A stretch of DNA of 64,000 nucleotides. Source: Gnetum montanum (lineage: Eukaryota; Plantae; Gnetophyta). Of the stretch, positions 27,833-41,500 are shown in pieces (positions within the stretch are counted from its first letter, which is position 1; every line of letters begins with the position of its first letter). The stretch is taken from assembly GCA_015680685.1 (NCBI GenBank), contig MNCI01002328.1, positions 58,172 to 122,171 on the forward strand, in the 5' to 3' direction. The translations under genes and the position numbers were made by a program. The notes under the pieces are model-generated. The model was not told where the DNA came from. It worked only from the letters and a program-made list of their open reading frames with translations, and did not search any database.

Positions 27833-28270
27833 GGATTTTTCCTGGTAAATTTATTGAAGACAGACACCATATTTTATTTAGATGTTCTTTCATAGAGTTT
27901 CTTAAAAAAGAANCATGAGTATAGATAAACATGAATATGGATAAGCATGGACAACTAGGATCTCATCTTATTCAGAAAAGATAGAAGGATGAGATCAAAC
28001 TCCTAAAAATGTGGAATGTCTACACATCANCATACATAACAGGATTTTTCCTGGTAAATTTATTGAAGACAGACACCATATTTTATTTAGATGTTCTTTC
28101 ATAGAGTTTCTTAAAAAAGAATGTTCAGTCTGGCAATAATTTGTGTTTATTTTTCCAATTTCCCACTGATAAATAATGGTTGTGGCTACTGGTAAATAAA
28201 TTTACCGAGTTATGAAATAATGGTTGTGACAACTGATAACTGGGTCACTTTAGTTTTTTCTCAGTGTAAA

Positions 28271-28515
28271 TTTTTTTTTTTGAGAAAGTATTCGGGATTC
28301 TATTACGGAAAGATCGAAAATATGTTATAGGATATTACAACAGGGGGGTCACCAGCGGTGGCCACACCGAGGGGGAAGGATCCCCCGAACGATCACGGCA
28401 TCCCCCCAGGCCGGCCGGCCGGGGGCAAGATCCGCGAAAAGACATCGAAAAACATCAATCCCAAAGGGGGCGCCCGCCCCCCCCTCCCGAAAAGACAAAA
28501 AATGGGGTTGGGTTT
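28271..28515 (-). mobile_element. Short LINE 3'-end fragment
   Basis: Poly(T)+GAGAAAG, the reverse complement of the family terminus TTTCTC(A)n, then GC-rich 3' UTR-like sequence. Confidence 0.55.
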
Positions 28516-28537
28516 CAGTTAGTTTATTACCATATGA

Positions 28538-28851
28538 TTTTTTTTTAAGAAAAGGCTAGGATGTATTAATATATTATAAAATTGCAAGTGTGAAAGGGGG
28601 TCAGGAACCCCCCAGCCAAAATACCCGATAAGGAACTTAAGCCGCAGCACTAACCAAGGAGAAAAGTCATAGTCAACTTGACCTCTGACAGGAACAAAAC
28701 ATTATGTTTGGCCAGAACATAAGATTGAACTCCAATATGGCACAACAAGCCCCAAAACCCAAAAGACCTACAGCAAAACCCATGGACAAACAGAAAAAGA
28801 TAGAAGCCCCCATCAAGGAAAAGAAGAGAGTGAGATGTACAATTGGCCCTC
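28538..28851 (-). mobile_element. Short LINE 3'-end insertion
   Basis: Poly(T) head and TSD ATTACCATATGA (28526-28537 / 28852-28863). Confidence 0.75.
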
Positions 28852-28878
28852 ATTACCATATGATTTGCTTAAAGGTCC

Positions 28879-31800
28879 TGTAGGACCCCTAATAACCACT
28901 CTCAAAAAGTCAGTATGATTTTTTTTTTAAATTTTTTTCCAATTCTCTAAAAACACATGATCATACTTACATTATCAATTAATAAGGATGTGACTCATAA
29001 TAATGGGATGATTACGGGGCCTATGTGCCTCTTTCCCTCATTAGACTTAACAAGTTGTTGATAGGATGAGATCTCGCCACTTCTCATAATCCTAAGAATT
29101 GATGCATTTGTTGCATATGATCTATCTTTAGTGGCACTATGATACCTTTAAAACTAGCTTTGTCCAAGGTGATTGCTAATACACTACATCACTTGCCAAG
29201 CTAGAAAACATCAAACATTTGTGCGACTCAATTGTTTCAAGTTTTCTGTACAAGCAGCACCAACGGATGTGGTTGGATGTATTCCTAGTTTGTTACTATG
29301 TTTCTGCCATACAAGATTATTTAATCTATAATAGGCTTCAAATAATGGCTGGGAATAAAAAATATAGATTTCAACAACTTTGCCCATGCAATGCAGTGTT
29401 GCATTCTGATATTGATGGCCATCCAACGATGACTTGGGTTATCTTTGGGTTCTAAACTACACAAACAAGGCGTAGCTCAACCATCATTTTTGGACTACAC
29501 CTTGGTATACCCCCAAGATAGGTGATTGGGGATCATACATGAGGCAGTTACACACTTACGAATGGTGCTTGCATCATTGAAAAACTTTGAGTGTTGTGCA
29601 CTCAACCCCCTTGGGTCCAGTGGCTCAAGATATTAAGCTGAAGTAAACATATGTACGGGTAGGGATGGATAGTGGTGCTTATCTCCACATCCAAGGCAAG
29701 GTGTATGCAAAATAAATAAACAATGCAACCCATTCATTCAAGGTATAGGGATGGATATATTATTACTAAAATGATTAGTTAATGATCCCTAAAAATACTA
29801 TATGCTTCACACAATACACACCAATCAAATGCATTATCCACCTAGTTACTAACTGTGAGTTTAGGTGAATTGCTTATCTTAGGGCTCAAAGGGCTTCTAA
29901 TCATAATTCATGTGGGTTAATTTTATGGAAAGCAAATAAACATACATGATCACACATATTTTCTTTCCTTTCTTCACAAATAAAAGAATATAATTGCTGA
30001 TAAATAAATGGGGTTAGCATATTGAAGCAAAATAAATAAACAATATTTACTTTGCATGAAAGATAAATATAGCTATGACAAAATGTACAAAACATTCATG
30101 TAATGAAAGACTTACTTCAAGGAGACCTCCTGCCTTTCAAGATGCAATATTCCCATCATACAAATGAAAGAAGTAACTGTGCATCTCAAGTGTATTTTAA
30201 ATGCCATATAAGAATTAGCTCACATCATACAATGGAGAGAGTTATAGAAGCCAGGGTTTGTTTTTCATAGGACAATTAGCCAATGTTTTCCTCCATTTTT
30301 AGGCATCCAAAATTAGGCAAAGTAAGTCTGATACCAGGGCTTGAATTTTTAGCACTCGAATTTGTTTTTAGGGGAGATTGAGGGCCTGAAAATAAATCTC
30401 AAATTATAATCCACACAGCTCATGGTAGTTGGGATTTGACATGGTTTTGTTTTGATTCTTTTTTTTTCCTCTCAGCCTAAGGTATTTTTCAAGCTCTGCA
30501 GTGGTAGTAATTAGAAGATAGAATCTTAGGAAATAGATTACCCGCCATTAAAAAAAGTAATAATGACAATAACAGTCCACCTTTTCTTTTTATTTCTCAG
30601 TCTAAAACAGAGAATAGATAATATCTAAAATCCTTGTGTTGTTAAAAAGAAAAAAAGAAAAAAAAGAAACACGGGCAGATTCTATGTGTGATTGTTGTCA
30701 TTTCCATTTTTACCACTAGCCAAGAAATCAGAAAACAGGAAATGCTAGGCAATAACAACAAGAAAAAGACTGGCAGTCTCTATACTAACATTGTTAAAGA
30801 ATCAAAATTCTGATTTTATGGAGTAGAAAACAAACAAAATATTATGTGCTCATGTGCAATTTGGAAAGGAGAAATAACAATAAAATATGATATACACTAA
30901 GTTTGAACACCATGATGGATTAACATGGTTCCAAACTTTGAAATTTTTCAATAATAAATTTTCCAGCCCCTTATGTTTTCACATTGAGAGAAATGTAAGC
31001 TTGAACAAAGAACCATCTAACTATGACTTGTGACATGACAACTCTCTTACAAACCCCTCAAAACTGACCCAAAAATGATTAACAAAATAGAACATGTGCA
31101 CTTAACAAAAGACACCAAAAATCCTCAATATGCATAGCTTTATTTTTAATATTAAAATGATTACTCAATGGACCCTTTGGCCATCTAGTTGTGCTACACC
31201 AAGTCTTTTTAACCCTACAACATCTTATAGCCTACATAAGAAGAACACCTAGGTTGGATAAAATGGTGGGGGCTAACAACATCAAACACCTCCAAGAACT
31301 AAGCTTTTGTAGCTCACACAAGAGATCAACATCTTTGGAGAGAATGATGGGGAGTATTTTTTTTATGAAACAAAAATGATCACAAGAACATGAAATACCA
31401 AGTGTACATGACACAAGAAAATGCTAACTCATAAGCCCAAAGCATGCATACCGCAAATCATATCCAAGACACATGAGAGACTCCATGCAAGACTCACAAC
31501 TCACAAGAAATCCCACATGCTCTCATGAAATAATCCTCACTTGTTCAAACCAATACAACTTCAAACACCTACAAAAAATTTGTACAACAAGGGTTTGGAA
31601 TTGAACTTGGCCAATTTGGGAAGGGAGAAGGCACCTCAAGTTTGGGTTGTTGTCCAGCTAATAGCCTCAAGAAGTTAGCTTCACATTGCAAGTCTAAGGT
31701 GTTGCTAAAATCTTCTCACAAAATTTGAGAAAATGGTCCCTTGAATCAGTCAAACAATCCCCAAAAAGAAGTTCAAAAGCCTCCAACAGCAGCAGCAAAA

Positions 31801-32996
31801 TCTACCTCCCAAGAGCCCACATGAACACTCAACACAGCCCAAGAGATGATTGAGAATTAGCAAGGAGCAGTCACCCTCCCTCTCCTCTCCTCAACTCCTT
31901 ACCCCTCCAACTAGCATAGTCTCCCCTTTCTTGGCGAAAATTAAAATTAGAGCAAATACCCCTTCTATTTATAGGATGGAGCAGGCCCTAGGACTTGGGT
32001 AAAGGCTTGTGCACAAAAACTTACACAATGGACAAGGAGTAGACAATCCATTCATCAAAAATGCTTTTTTTTATTCATGGCATCATTGCATTGCTACTTG
32101 ACTTGGACAAGCAAGCTCTCATGAGGGAGTGGAAATGTGAAATTGACACCACTTAAGAGTCACATGGCTCATATTAAATGAGTCCCATGTCTGTTTTTCA
32201 GCCATTAATATGAAGTGGACAATTTGCATATAAATAAAATAGATGTCATCATAAACATGTCATAGAGCATACATCACCATCCCACATTGACTTTTCTTAT
32301 GACCCCACCTTGCTGTCTTGTTTTAAGTCACTATTTAGTTTATATGCTATGAGGGTTTCTAATTTATTTTTGACCATTTATCTATTTTCCATGTTTCCTA
32401 TAATTTATCCATTTAAAATCATTGATACTAAACTTTTTATCCATTCAACATTTTACACATATCGAGCTAGTTGTAATAGGTACAAACATGTCATAACTAC
32501 CATGCTAGAAATTAATATTATGATTGAATCAAGGAAAATACCTTTTTTAATAGTTTAATATTAAAATCTCAAAATATAATGCTTGAATTAAAAAACTAAT
32601 TGGAGATCTATACTCTAGGTGTAAAAATGAGTTGGTTGATCGAATTTGAGTGCAATCCGACAACTTTGAATTTTGATCTATTTTTAATTAATTAAGTATT
32701 TAATAATTTTAAAATTCTAACTAAACATCAAAATAGATCATGAATCCACATCATGTTAATTTTCTAATATTATTCTAAAATAATGTTAGACTTTGCAATG
32801 CTCCTTCATTATATATATATATGTATTAAAACTTAAAATAAGAAAAAAATTATGCAAAAATTAGAAATAAATAGTAATCTTGCTTATGTCACCCAAACAA
32901 AGGTCTTCATATTACTAAGAAGCATTAGGCATATCTACAAATATAAATAAGCTTTAAAACAAATTAAGGTCACATGTACAAATATGGGGCATTACA
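28879..32996. mobile_element. Large solo LTR (4118 bp), probably Ty3/gypsy type; uninterrupted copy
   Basis: TGTAGGACCCC...GGGGCATTACA termini, perfect TSD GGTCC (28874-28878 / 32997-33001), no coding domains, two more copies in the window. Confidence 0.85.
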
Positions 32997-33354
32997 GGTC
33001 CATATAGTTATTTTGAAATATGTTGATATTAATTAATAGTAAAATTCTGGAGTGTAACTGGAAATTTGTTGGGATTTTAACTTCTTATGATACTAATTAA
33101 TTTGAACACTTTATAGTCTTGGTTGTTTCAATGATTCTGAAGTCATTGAAATGTCAAATTTAAGGTCCTCTTTTGCTGTATGCTAAGAATGTTTTATTGA
33201 ATTAATCTTGGTCAAAACGTTGGGTTGACAAACCGTCTTTTTCTCAGGGTCTAAAGAATTGGTTTTCGTAAATAATAAAAATTGGTATCTACAGAACAAC
33301 CAGCAGTTCTTAAATTATTGCTAAAATGTTTTATCTGAATTGTGGTTCTTGCAG

Positions 33355-33411
33355 GTTACTTTCAAGCTTTTTGGTGGTTCTAGTTCAGGAATGTCCATTG
33401 ATCCAAAGGCA
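33355..33411 (+). CDS. AP5M1: AP-5 complex subunit mu, 57-bp exon
   Basis: ttgcag|GTT...GCA|gtatgt encodes VTFKLFGGSSSGMSIDPKA, continuing ...DYAR in phase 0 and resembling the plant VSFKI.G...S.MSID.K segment. Confidence 0.85.
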
Positions 33412-34820
33412 GTATGTATATTGTTTTGAAATCTACATTTATTTTTTTATGAAATTATTCCCTAGAAAGCTAAACTATTCCTTGGGGAGTTTGAATATGC
33501 TTTGTGATTTCCGTGTTAGTGTTTTGATAAGGTTAAAACATCAAAAATGAAACTGCAGGAGTTCTCTATTATTTCTTTTTACCATATTATACTAGTTTTT
33601 AATACCGATTGAGGGTAAATGACGAATGTGATATGGATCAAAGAGCTGTAGTGTTTTCAAACAAACACAATATTTATGTTTCAGTCATACTTAAATCGTG
33701 CAGATAGCTTCAAAAGTAGAAGGTAAAAGTAGGATGTGTTCAAGGAGAGTTTCAAATGTATACTGCGATATACATAGAACAGTCATTGAGAAATGTGCAT
33801 AAACATTATTAAAGGACAGTTCATAGAGAAGTCACATGATGCTGTGAATATGGATGCTAGTTTATAAAATAAGAAAAGAATCATAGTTAAGTGAATATGT
33901 TTGAACATGAATTCTATGTTCAGTAATTAGATTGCAGAAAAAATGACAATATTGCAAGGAGTGGTGATGAAGGATACCAGAGTCGGGATGTGCTGACTAC
34001 CATATTATATATAGCAGCAAGGATCTCTCCAATATGATTAAAGGTAACATTAATTATTGTCTCTTCAGTATGGTTTAAGGTAGCAGTACTTGTTGCGAAG
34101 TTGTTATGGAATTGCATGCCGGAAGCTAGGCTGAAATAGCAGCGTGGAACAACACAATGATAAACATATTAACGTAGAGAAACATGTGCAGATTTCATTA
34201 GTCATAAAAAATGAGATTGCAATCAAAGAGCTAGGGCTTTTTAACAACCACCCTTGCATAGGAGACCAAACCTCCTCTCACATCTCTTATCCTTATGATC
34301 TTCCAAAATGGTAAACCTAATTTGGATATCTAGAGGCATGCATAGTGTAATATGGCCCCACAGTTTTTTCCCTCTTGCCCTTGATTTATTGAAATTAAAA
34401 AGCCAAATCCTTGAGCAAACTCACCATCTTATACATAGCTCAACCTTTTCTTAACATGTTAATCATTCTAATTGAAAGGTCATTTTACCTTATCGCTTGC
34501 ATACGATGGGACTGGAAGGTGAACCAGGTTCATATTGCTCAAGCATAGTGCAGATTTGAACTAGACCACTGTTAACATAATTGTTCAAATTGTTAACTTA
34601 CCACTCAGTTTATTATGAACATATGCAAGGATACAAAAGTAAGCACAAAGACACAAAAAATACTTATAAGCATGTCATGTAAAAACATTACGAACAACTA
34701 TGTACGAGAGGAGAAACTTTTCTCTATTGAACAAGTGGCAATACTACTAGGGTAGTACATGCAGTTAGGGTAAAGAAAACAATTAAATAAAGTAATCAAA
34801 TAATAAAGTTAACTAATAAT

Positions 34821-36390
34821 CTGCCTCACTTCTTTCTGGGCTTATTTTGGCCCTTTGGCAGGGGGTGGTGGGGGTGTGGCTATGGCCGGGGTTGGGACTG
34901 GGTCTTGACCCCTTGGGGTCGTCCTCGCTTGGGCCCTCCTAGTTGGATCTGTCTAGGCCGTCGGGGACTAGGCCTATGGTGGTTTATTCTCGGAAGCAGG
35001 TTGGCCATTGAGAGTCGGGTGCTTCCAACCCTATGGCGGTGCCAGACACATCTCCATGGACGGCGTCAGGACGCGAGGTTTTATGGGCAGAGGAGTTGCA
35101 CCATGTGGTGGCGGAGGCAATGGTCGCTACTCTTGTTGAAGAAAGGCATGATTGGGAAGCCAAGTGGGACAAAGCTCTTATGCATGCACAGGCTAAACGG
35201 GAGACCCGTTTCTAGGAACGGGAGCAGGAGCTACTTTGGCAGCAAACTTTGCTGGCGGAGGCTGCCCAAGCCCGGTTGGTTGACTAGCTCCAAGCCCAAA
35301 TTTGGGAGGAGCTGTTGCAGGAGGAGCCTACTACTTGCAGAGAGCACTAGAGGGCAGAGTGGGCACAACAGGAATGAGAACAGGATGAGGAAAGATAAAG
35401 GCAGAGGCAGCTGGACCGGGCACATGAGTAGTGTGCATGCTAATCGCTGTTCATACATTGTTCTGGGCATAAACTACGATTGCTCGTGGGGGTGTTTCGA
35501 CGACACATTTGTTGGACGTCTGCACGTTTTCACCCAGATGGGGGGATGTCGGCTGAAGAGCAGAATCGGCGGGAGGTTGCCATGTAAGCAATTTAGCATG
35601 CTGCCAGTATTGTAGATTCCGAATTGCACCCTAACATGTTGGATATTCTCCACACTCTCGAGCGCCCACATTGCGTGTGTCATAGACTGCCGACACATTT
35701 GTAGCGTTAGGCTGCGGTCCTCGTTGTTCCCTATTTGACTGATTTGGCCTTTTTGTGTTGTGATTTTATGATGTAAGTCTGTGCCTTACGTTTTTTTTTT
35801 GTTTGGGGGGGGGGGGGGGGGGGGGGNNNNNNNNNNNNNNNNNNNNNNNNNNNNNNNNNNNNNNNNNNNNNNNNNNNNNNNNNNNNNNNNNNNNNNNNNN
35901 NNNNNNNNNNNNNNNNNNNNNNNNNNNNNNNNNNNNNNNNNNNNNNNNNNNNNNNNNNNNNNNNNNNNNNNNNNNNNNNNNNNNNNNNNNNNNNNNNNNN
36001 NNNNNNNNNNNNNNNNNNNNNNNNNNNNNNNNNNNNNNNNNNNNNNNNNNNNNNNNNNNNNNNNNNNNNNNNNNNNNNNNNNNNNNNNNNNNNNNNNNNN
36101 NNNNNNNNNNNNNNNNNNNNNNNNNNNNNNNNNNNNNNNNNNNNNNNNNNNNNNNNNNNNNNNNNNNNNNNNNNNNNNNNNNNNNNNNGGGGGGGGTGTC
36201 CACAACACACCACACACCCTGTGCCCCCCAGTTTTCCTGGTTTAAGGTTGTTGGGTGTTTCTCCCCACCCCCTGATCATGGGATCATCCGTGTTGGCCGC
36301 CTCTGGTGACCCGATTTTGTACTTTACTTTTCTAGTAATTTCATTGAGAACATTTTCTCAAAAAAGAAAAGAAAAGAAAAAAAAAAAGAA
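34821..36390 (+). mobile_element. 5'-truncated J-domain LINE (domain end, linker, coiled coil, J-domain with HPD, 3' UTR, A-rich tail)
   Basis: SGLILALW at 34835, coiled coil, CSYIVLGINYDCSW, CAC CCA GAT (HPD) at 35531-35539, and a TTTTCTC(A)n tail at ~36355-36390. Confidence 0.8.
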
Positions 36391-38543
36391 ACTATTAAGC
36401 CAATTTCTGATTTCATCATGCTGAGAATACATTGATAATGATAGCAAGAAATATGACAATATGGAAGTCTGAAATACCAAATACAGTATGGGAGCAAGTG
36501 TGTTGCTATATGCGGCTATGCCCCTGCACCCATAAATTCGGAATCCCAAATGCAATGCTTAGCTGAATGTTGTTGAAACAAGAGATTACAATCTACATAC
36601 CAAAACACATTTGCACTGTGGTCCAGCTCTTGCATGTGGATTGTTATACTTTATTCAAATGTTGCAAAACAAAGTTTTGTTTTTGATTTTCATGAACATG
36701 GATGTTCCAAGGTGTTTGTCATTTCAAAAAATGTGTTTCCTAGATGTTTCAAAGACAATTTAGAAATTGTATGCTTTTCCAAGTTGTTATGAATGCACTT
36801 AATACTCCTAGAATGTGGGAAGCAAGCAAATTTGTGTTTGTGTGTGCACGCACTCGCATGAAGTATTTTAAAATACTCAGAATATACATAAAGCTCAAGA
36901 TGTATTAGAGTATGACAAAAAAATTGCATTCATTGAGGCATGAAAGTAAGAACCTTTATCATCAAGAGAATTTGGAGTTTTTATTGTAGGTTTTTATAGT
37001 TCTCACAAATCTTTCAAGGCCAAGTCTTGACCTCATTCTTTGGATCCCTTCGTACAAGGTGCCTGGAATAGTCTAGCTCTGGTAGATCAACTTGGGACTT
37101 AGTGATGTGAAAAGATGTATTCAATGCAGAAAAAAAAATGTAAATAATTTTAATTTAAATTAAAACAATAAAACATGTTATTAATTGTTGCAATGGAAGT
37201 GTACAAAGCAAGAATGGTAAAGGTGCTAGATGTCCATCACTTGCTTGTTGTAATCACCAAGTGCTTGGTATAGTAGAGTTTTAAGGCAAATAATAATATC
37301 TTGCCCCGCCCGCGCCCCGCGCGCCCCCCCCCCCCAGCAGCTCCAGTCGCGGTTGACCCATCATCATCTTGCGTTGCGTCCCTCTCGGGTCGGGAGCCCG
37401 AAGCATACCTATAGTTAGTTCCAGAGCCCCCTGTTGCCAAAGAGAGCACACAGCCCCGTTTTCCTGGTTTAAGGTTGTTGGGTGTTTCTCCCCATCCCCT
37501 GATCATGGGATCATCCGTGTTGGCCGCCTCTGGTGACCCGATTTTGTACTTTACTTTTCTAGTAATTTCATCGAGAACATTTTCTCAAAAAAAAAGAAAA
37601 GAAAAAAAAAAGAAACTATTAAGCCAATTTCTGATTTCATCATGCTGAGAATACATTGATAATGATAGCAAGAAATATGATAGTATGGAAGTCTGAAATA
37701 CCAAATACAGTATGGGAGCAAGTGTGTTGCTATATGCGGCTATGCCCCTGCACCCATAAATTCGGAATCCCAAATCCAATGCTTAGCTGAATGTTGTTGA
37801 AACAAGAGATTACAATCTACATACCAAAACACATTTGCATTGTGGTCCAGCTCTTGCATGTGGATTGTTATACTTTATTCAAATGTTGCAAAACTAAGTT
37901 TTGTTTTTGATTTTTCATGAACATGGATGTTCCAAGGTGTTTGTCATTTCAAAAAATGTGTTTCCTAGATGTTTCAAAGACAATTTAGAAACTAATTGGT
38001 TTAGATTCTTCGTATGCTTTTCCAAGTTGTTATGAATGCACTTAATACTCCTAGAATGTGGGAAGCAAGCAAATTTGTGTCTGTGTGTGCATGCACTCGC
38101 ATGAAGTATTTTAAAACACTTAGAATATACATAAAGCTCAAGATGTATTATAGTATAACAAAAAAATTGAATTGAGGCATGAAAGTAAGAACCTTTATCA
38201 TCAAGAGAATTTGGAGTTTTTATTTTAGGTTTTCATAGTTCTCACAAATCTTTCAAGGCCAAGTCTTGACCTCATTCTTTGGATCCCTTCGTACAAGGTG
38301 CTTGGAATAGTCTAGCTCTGGTAGATCAACTTGGGACTTAGTGATGTGAAAAGATGTATTCAATGCAGAAAAACAAAAATGTAAATAATTTTAATTTAAA
38401 TTAAAACAATAAAACATGTTATTAATTGTTGCAATGGAAGTGTACAAAGCAAGAATGGTAAAGGTGCTAGATGTCCATCACTTGCTTGTTGTAATCACCG
38501 AGTGCTTGGTATAGTAGAGTTTTAAGGCAAATAATAATATCTT
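36231..38543 (+). repeat. ~1.07-kb near-identical direct duplication (36231-37292 and 37458-38543)
   Basis: Continuous match with scattered SNPs and one ~20-bp indel; lies next to an N gap. Confidence 0.9.
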
Positions 38544-41500
38544 TCTTTTTGTAAAACACACAAGATGCTAAGGTATTTATAGAATTGTGAATCCCATTTA
38601 CTTACCTTTCTATTGTAGATTCATAGAATTGCTTGTTTGGCCTTTATGGTAGGATGGATGGGTGAGATCGGAGAGGGTGCTAGGGTTTAGGTGGTGATGG
38701 CTAGGAGTGGTGGTAGCAAGGTCATGGACATGGGCAAGGCTGCAGGCATGGGTGATGTGGATCTTGAGTAGGGAGCATAGAAGGAGCAACCAACAAGAAG
38801 CAGTGGGGGAAGGGGGCATCTTTTGATGAAGCAAGTGATGGAGTAAAGCTCATTTTAGAGGGAACAACTAAAGGAGGTGATGGGGGAAGTGGTGAAGGCA
38901 GTGTTGGGGACACTTTTGGTGATGGAGTGGGGGACATTGTGGGGGGTGTTTAGCTTGTAGGTTGGATGTTGAGCGATGAGCATTGATGCAGTGGTCTTCT
39001 AGTTAGGTAGGTTACATTTGTAGATGAGTCTGGTGGTGCTCCTAGGTGGTGTGGTTATGCTGCAACACAACAAGGTGGGGAAGTTTGTGTCTTTTGGGGT
39101 GCACCTAAGGGTGGAATGTCGAAGAGGTGGAGGTGCAAACGCTGCCCAAGGATCTCTTGCTATTTGTGTTTTAGTTTGCTATAGATAGGGACAAAATGCT
39201 TCAATGAGGGCAATGACTTTTTGGGGCTAGAGGTTTGGCGTTGATTGACCCAACCTATTTGCTAGGGTTTTAGTGTAGGTTAGGATTTCTGAGCTTCCAT
39301 GGAAGTTTTGGACCTGTGAGTTTCTTAGGACATTGGTGAGTTTATTGCATTTGACAAGTTTATGGTCTCTTAGGAGCACATGGGGTTTGTGCACTTTTGT
39401 GTTTGGTGCTCCCTGAGCATGGATGCGCTGTTGTGGGAAATCCAAATGGAGATGCTGTATGAGATGAAAACCTTGACAGTGGAGTATGTGAATGTTCCCA
39501 CAAAAGGAAAGACCAGTAGCGTTGGGACTATTACAAAAGGAAGAGCTAAAGATGTAGGTGTGTCATTAGGGTGCTACTTTTATGGGAAGAATAACCATTT
39601 GGCCAAGGACTATAGATATTGCCTAAGAAGTGTAGCCTTGCAATGCAAGTTGTTTTAGAAAAGAATAAGGTGGCCAGGTCCCCCAGCTGCAGTCCACCAA
39701 ATGGGGGATGGGGGGTGGTAGNTAGGTCCCCCAGCTGCAGTCCACCAAATGGGGGATGGGGGGTGGTAGGAATAGGGCTATGGAGGAAAAGCATGGACTA
39801 TAGAGTGGTACAACCAAAGAGGCCCCCATGTGAGTATTAGGGAAAGAACTTGGTGTAGAGTACAACAGGTTTATAGTGCTCCATGCCTTGGAGGATTCTT
39901 GCTTTTCCCCTAAGGGTATGATTTGTTAACTGAAGGAGGCAACTTTGCAGGAAAGTAGAGGTTCTAAGAAGATCTTGTTGTTGCTTAGATGACCCAAAAT
40001 GACAATGAAATGCCTGCCATTGTAGAGGCCCCATTTGAGAATCTTTTATTGCTAGGCTTCTAGGTGACTCACTTGAGGGGGGCAATTGTGCCAACCTTCC
40101 CACCTACAAAGTGACAAATTCTAAAGGAGTAAGAAGCTAGTTTCAAAGTCTACCCTAAAACCAAAAAAGGGGGCAAGCTCAGCCTTTATGAGACTAGGAT
40201 CAAGAGAACAATGTAGGGTTTGGAATTGGGAATTCAAGGGACTTTCAAGGAGGTCTATAGGAAAAGGTCTGGTAGTAGACTATGAACATTTTATCATGGA
40301 ATTGTTAGGGACAAGGTAGCCCATACAAACAAATTACCCTCATGGAGTTTTCAAAGTGAGAAGACTGTGATATTGTATGCCTGCAGGAAATGAAGCCTCA
40401 ACGTACATAGACATTTGTTAACCTAGTTAGGATGCTTTTCCTTCTTTGTGGATTGTAGAGGATGTGCATGTGGACTTGCCATCATTATTAAACTATATGC
40501 GGAGTGCATCTATGCTTCAGATGGGAGCGTGACTTTGTATTTTCCATGTATGGGAACATGGCTCATGAATTTTTATTGCCCACAAGCTTGGATTGATTGG
40601 TTTCAGGAGCTTTAGAAGGCCACATCTAAAGTGAGAGACCATAGTGCTTGGATTGTCGCAGGAGATTTCAACCCAAAATTGTATGAGTGGGAAAGAGTTG
40701 GAAAAGGAGTAGTGAAGCCACAAGGAACTAAGCATTTCCACAAGTTTCTTGTGGACTTTCATGTTGTGGACATGGATATTCAGGGATGTCAATTTACTTG
40801 GACCAATAATAGAAGAGGACAAGGTCGGGTGATGTCCCAAATTGATAGAATATAAATCAATACTGCCATGTTTATTGATAAATACATTGTTGTTACAATG
40901 TTAGAACAAAGGGCATCTGATCATAGGCTACTAATATGCTCAATTAGAGATAGCTTTGTGTGCAAGCAAGCTATCTAGCCATTTCGCTTTGAGCAAAGAT
41001 GGTTGAAGTTGCTAGTCTGGGAGGTATGGGCAATGTACCCTGGTTGCCACGATCCATGAGATTTCCTCAAACAAAGTCTTAAATGGATCAAGCAAGGAAT
41101 TAGATCACAAGCCAATCACAACAAGTGTGGATTTAAGTTTCTCAAACAAGAATAGATTTGGAAGCTACATCAAATACAACATATGCAAGAGCAGGGATAG
41201 GACCTATAAGAGGAGGAAGTTGTCGTTCTATAGGAACTTTAGAGTAGAGGTTCATAGAGGAAGAGAAAGCATATTGGTGGAAGCACTCAAGGGCTCAATG
41301 GCTAAGAGAAGGGGACAACAATACCAAATTTTTCTATGCTATGGTTAATGTAGCAAAGAGGGTCAAGAACATTGGAGTCTTGCTAGAGGGAGAGACCATT
41401 GACTTCAAGTAGATTGCCTAGAGTTTGCAACAGTTCTAGGAGAAAATCTGGAAGAGGGGAGACACATCCCCCATAATGATCTTGATCTAGAGGGTTTTGA

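Noticed and set aside
27821-28122. ~90-bp direct duplication next to single n characters (similar case at 39676-39770)
   Set aside because: Exact repeats abutting 1-bp gap markers are typical unmerged contig overlaps.
35731-36309. Long ORFs spanning N runs (also 6174-6572 and 55280-55768)
   Set aside because: They are open only because of assembly gaps.
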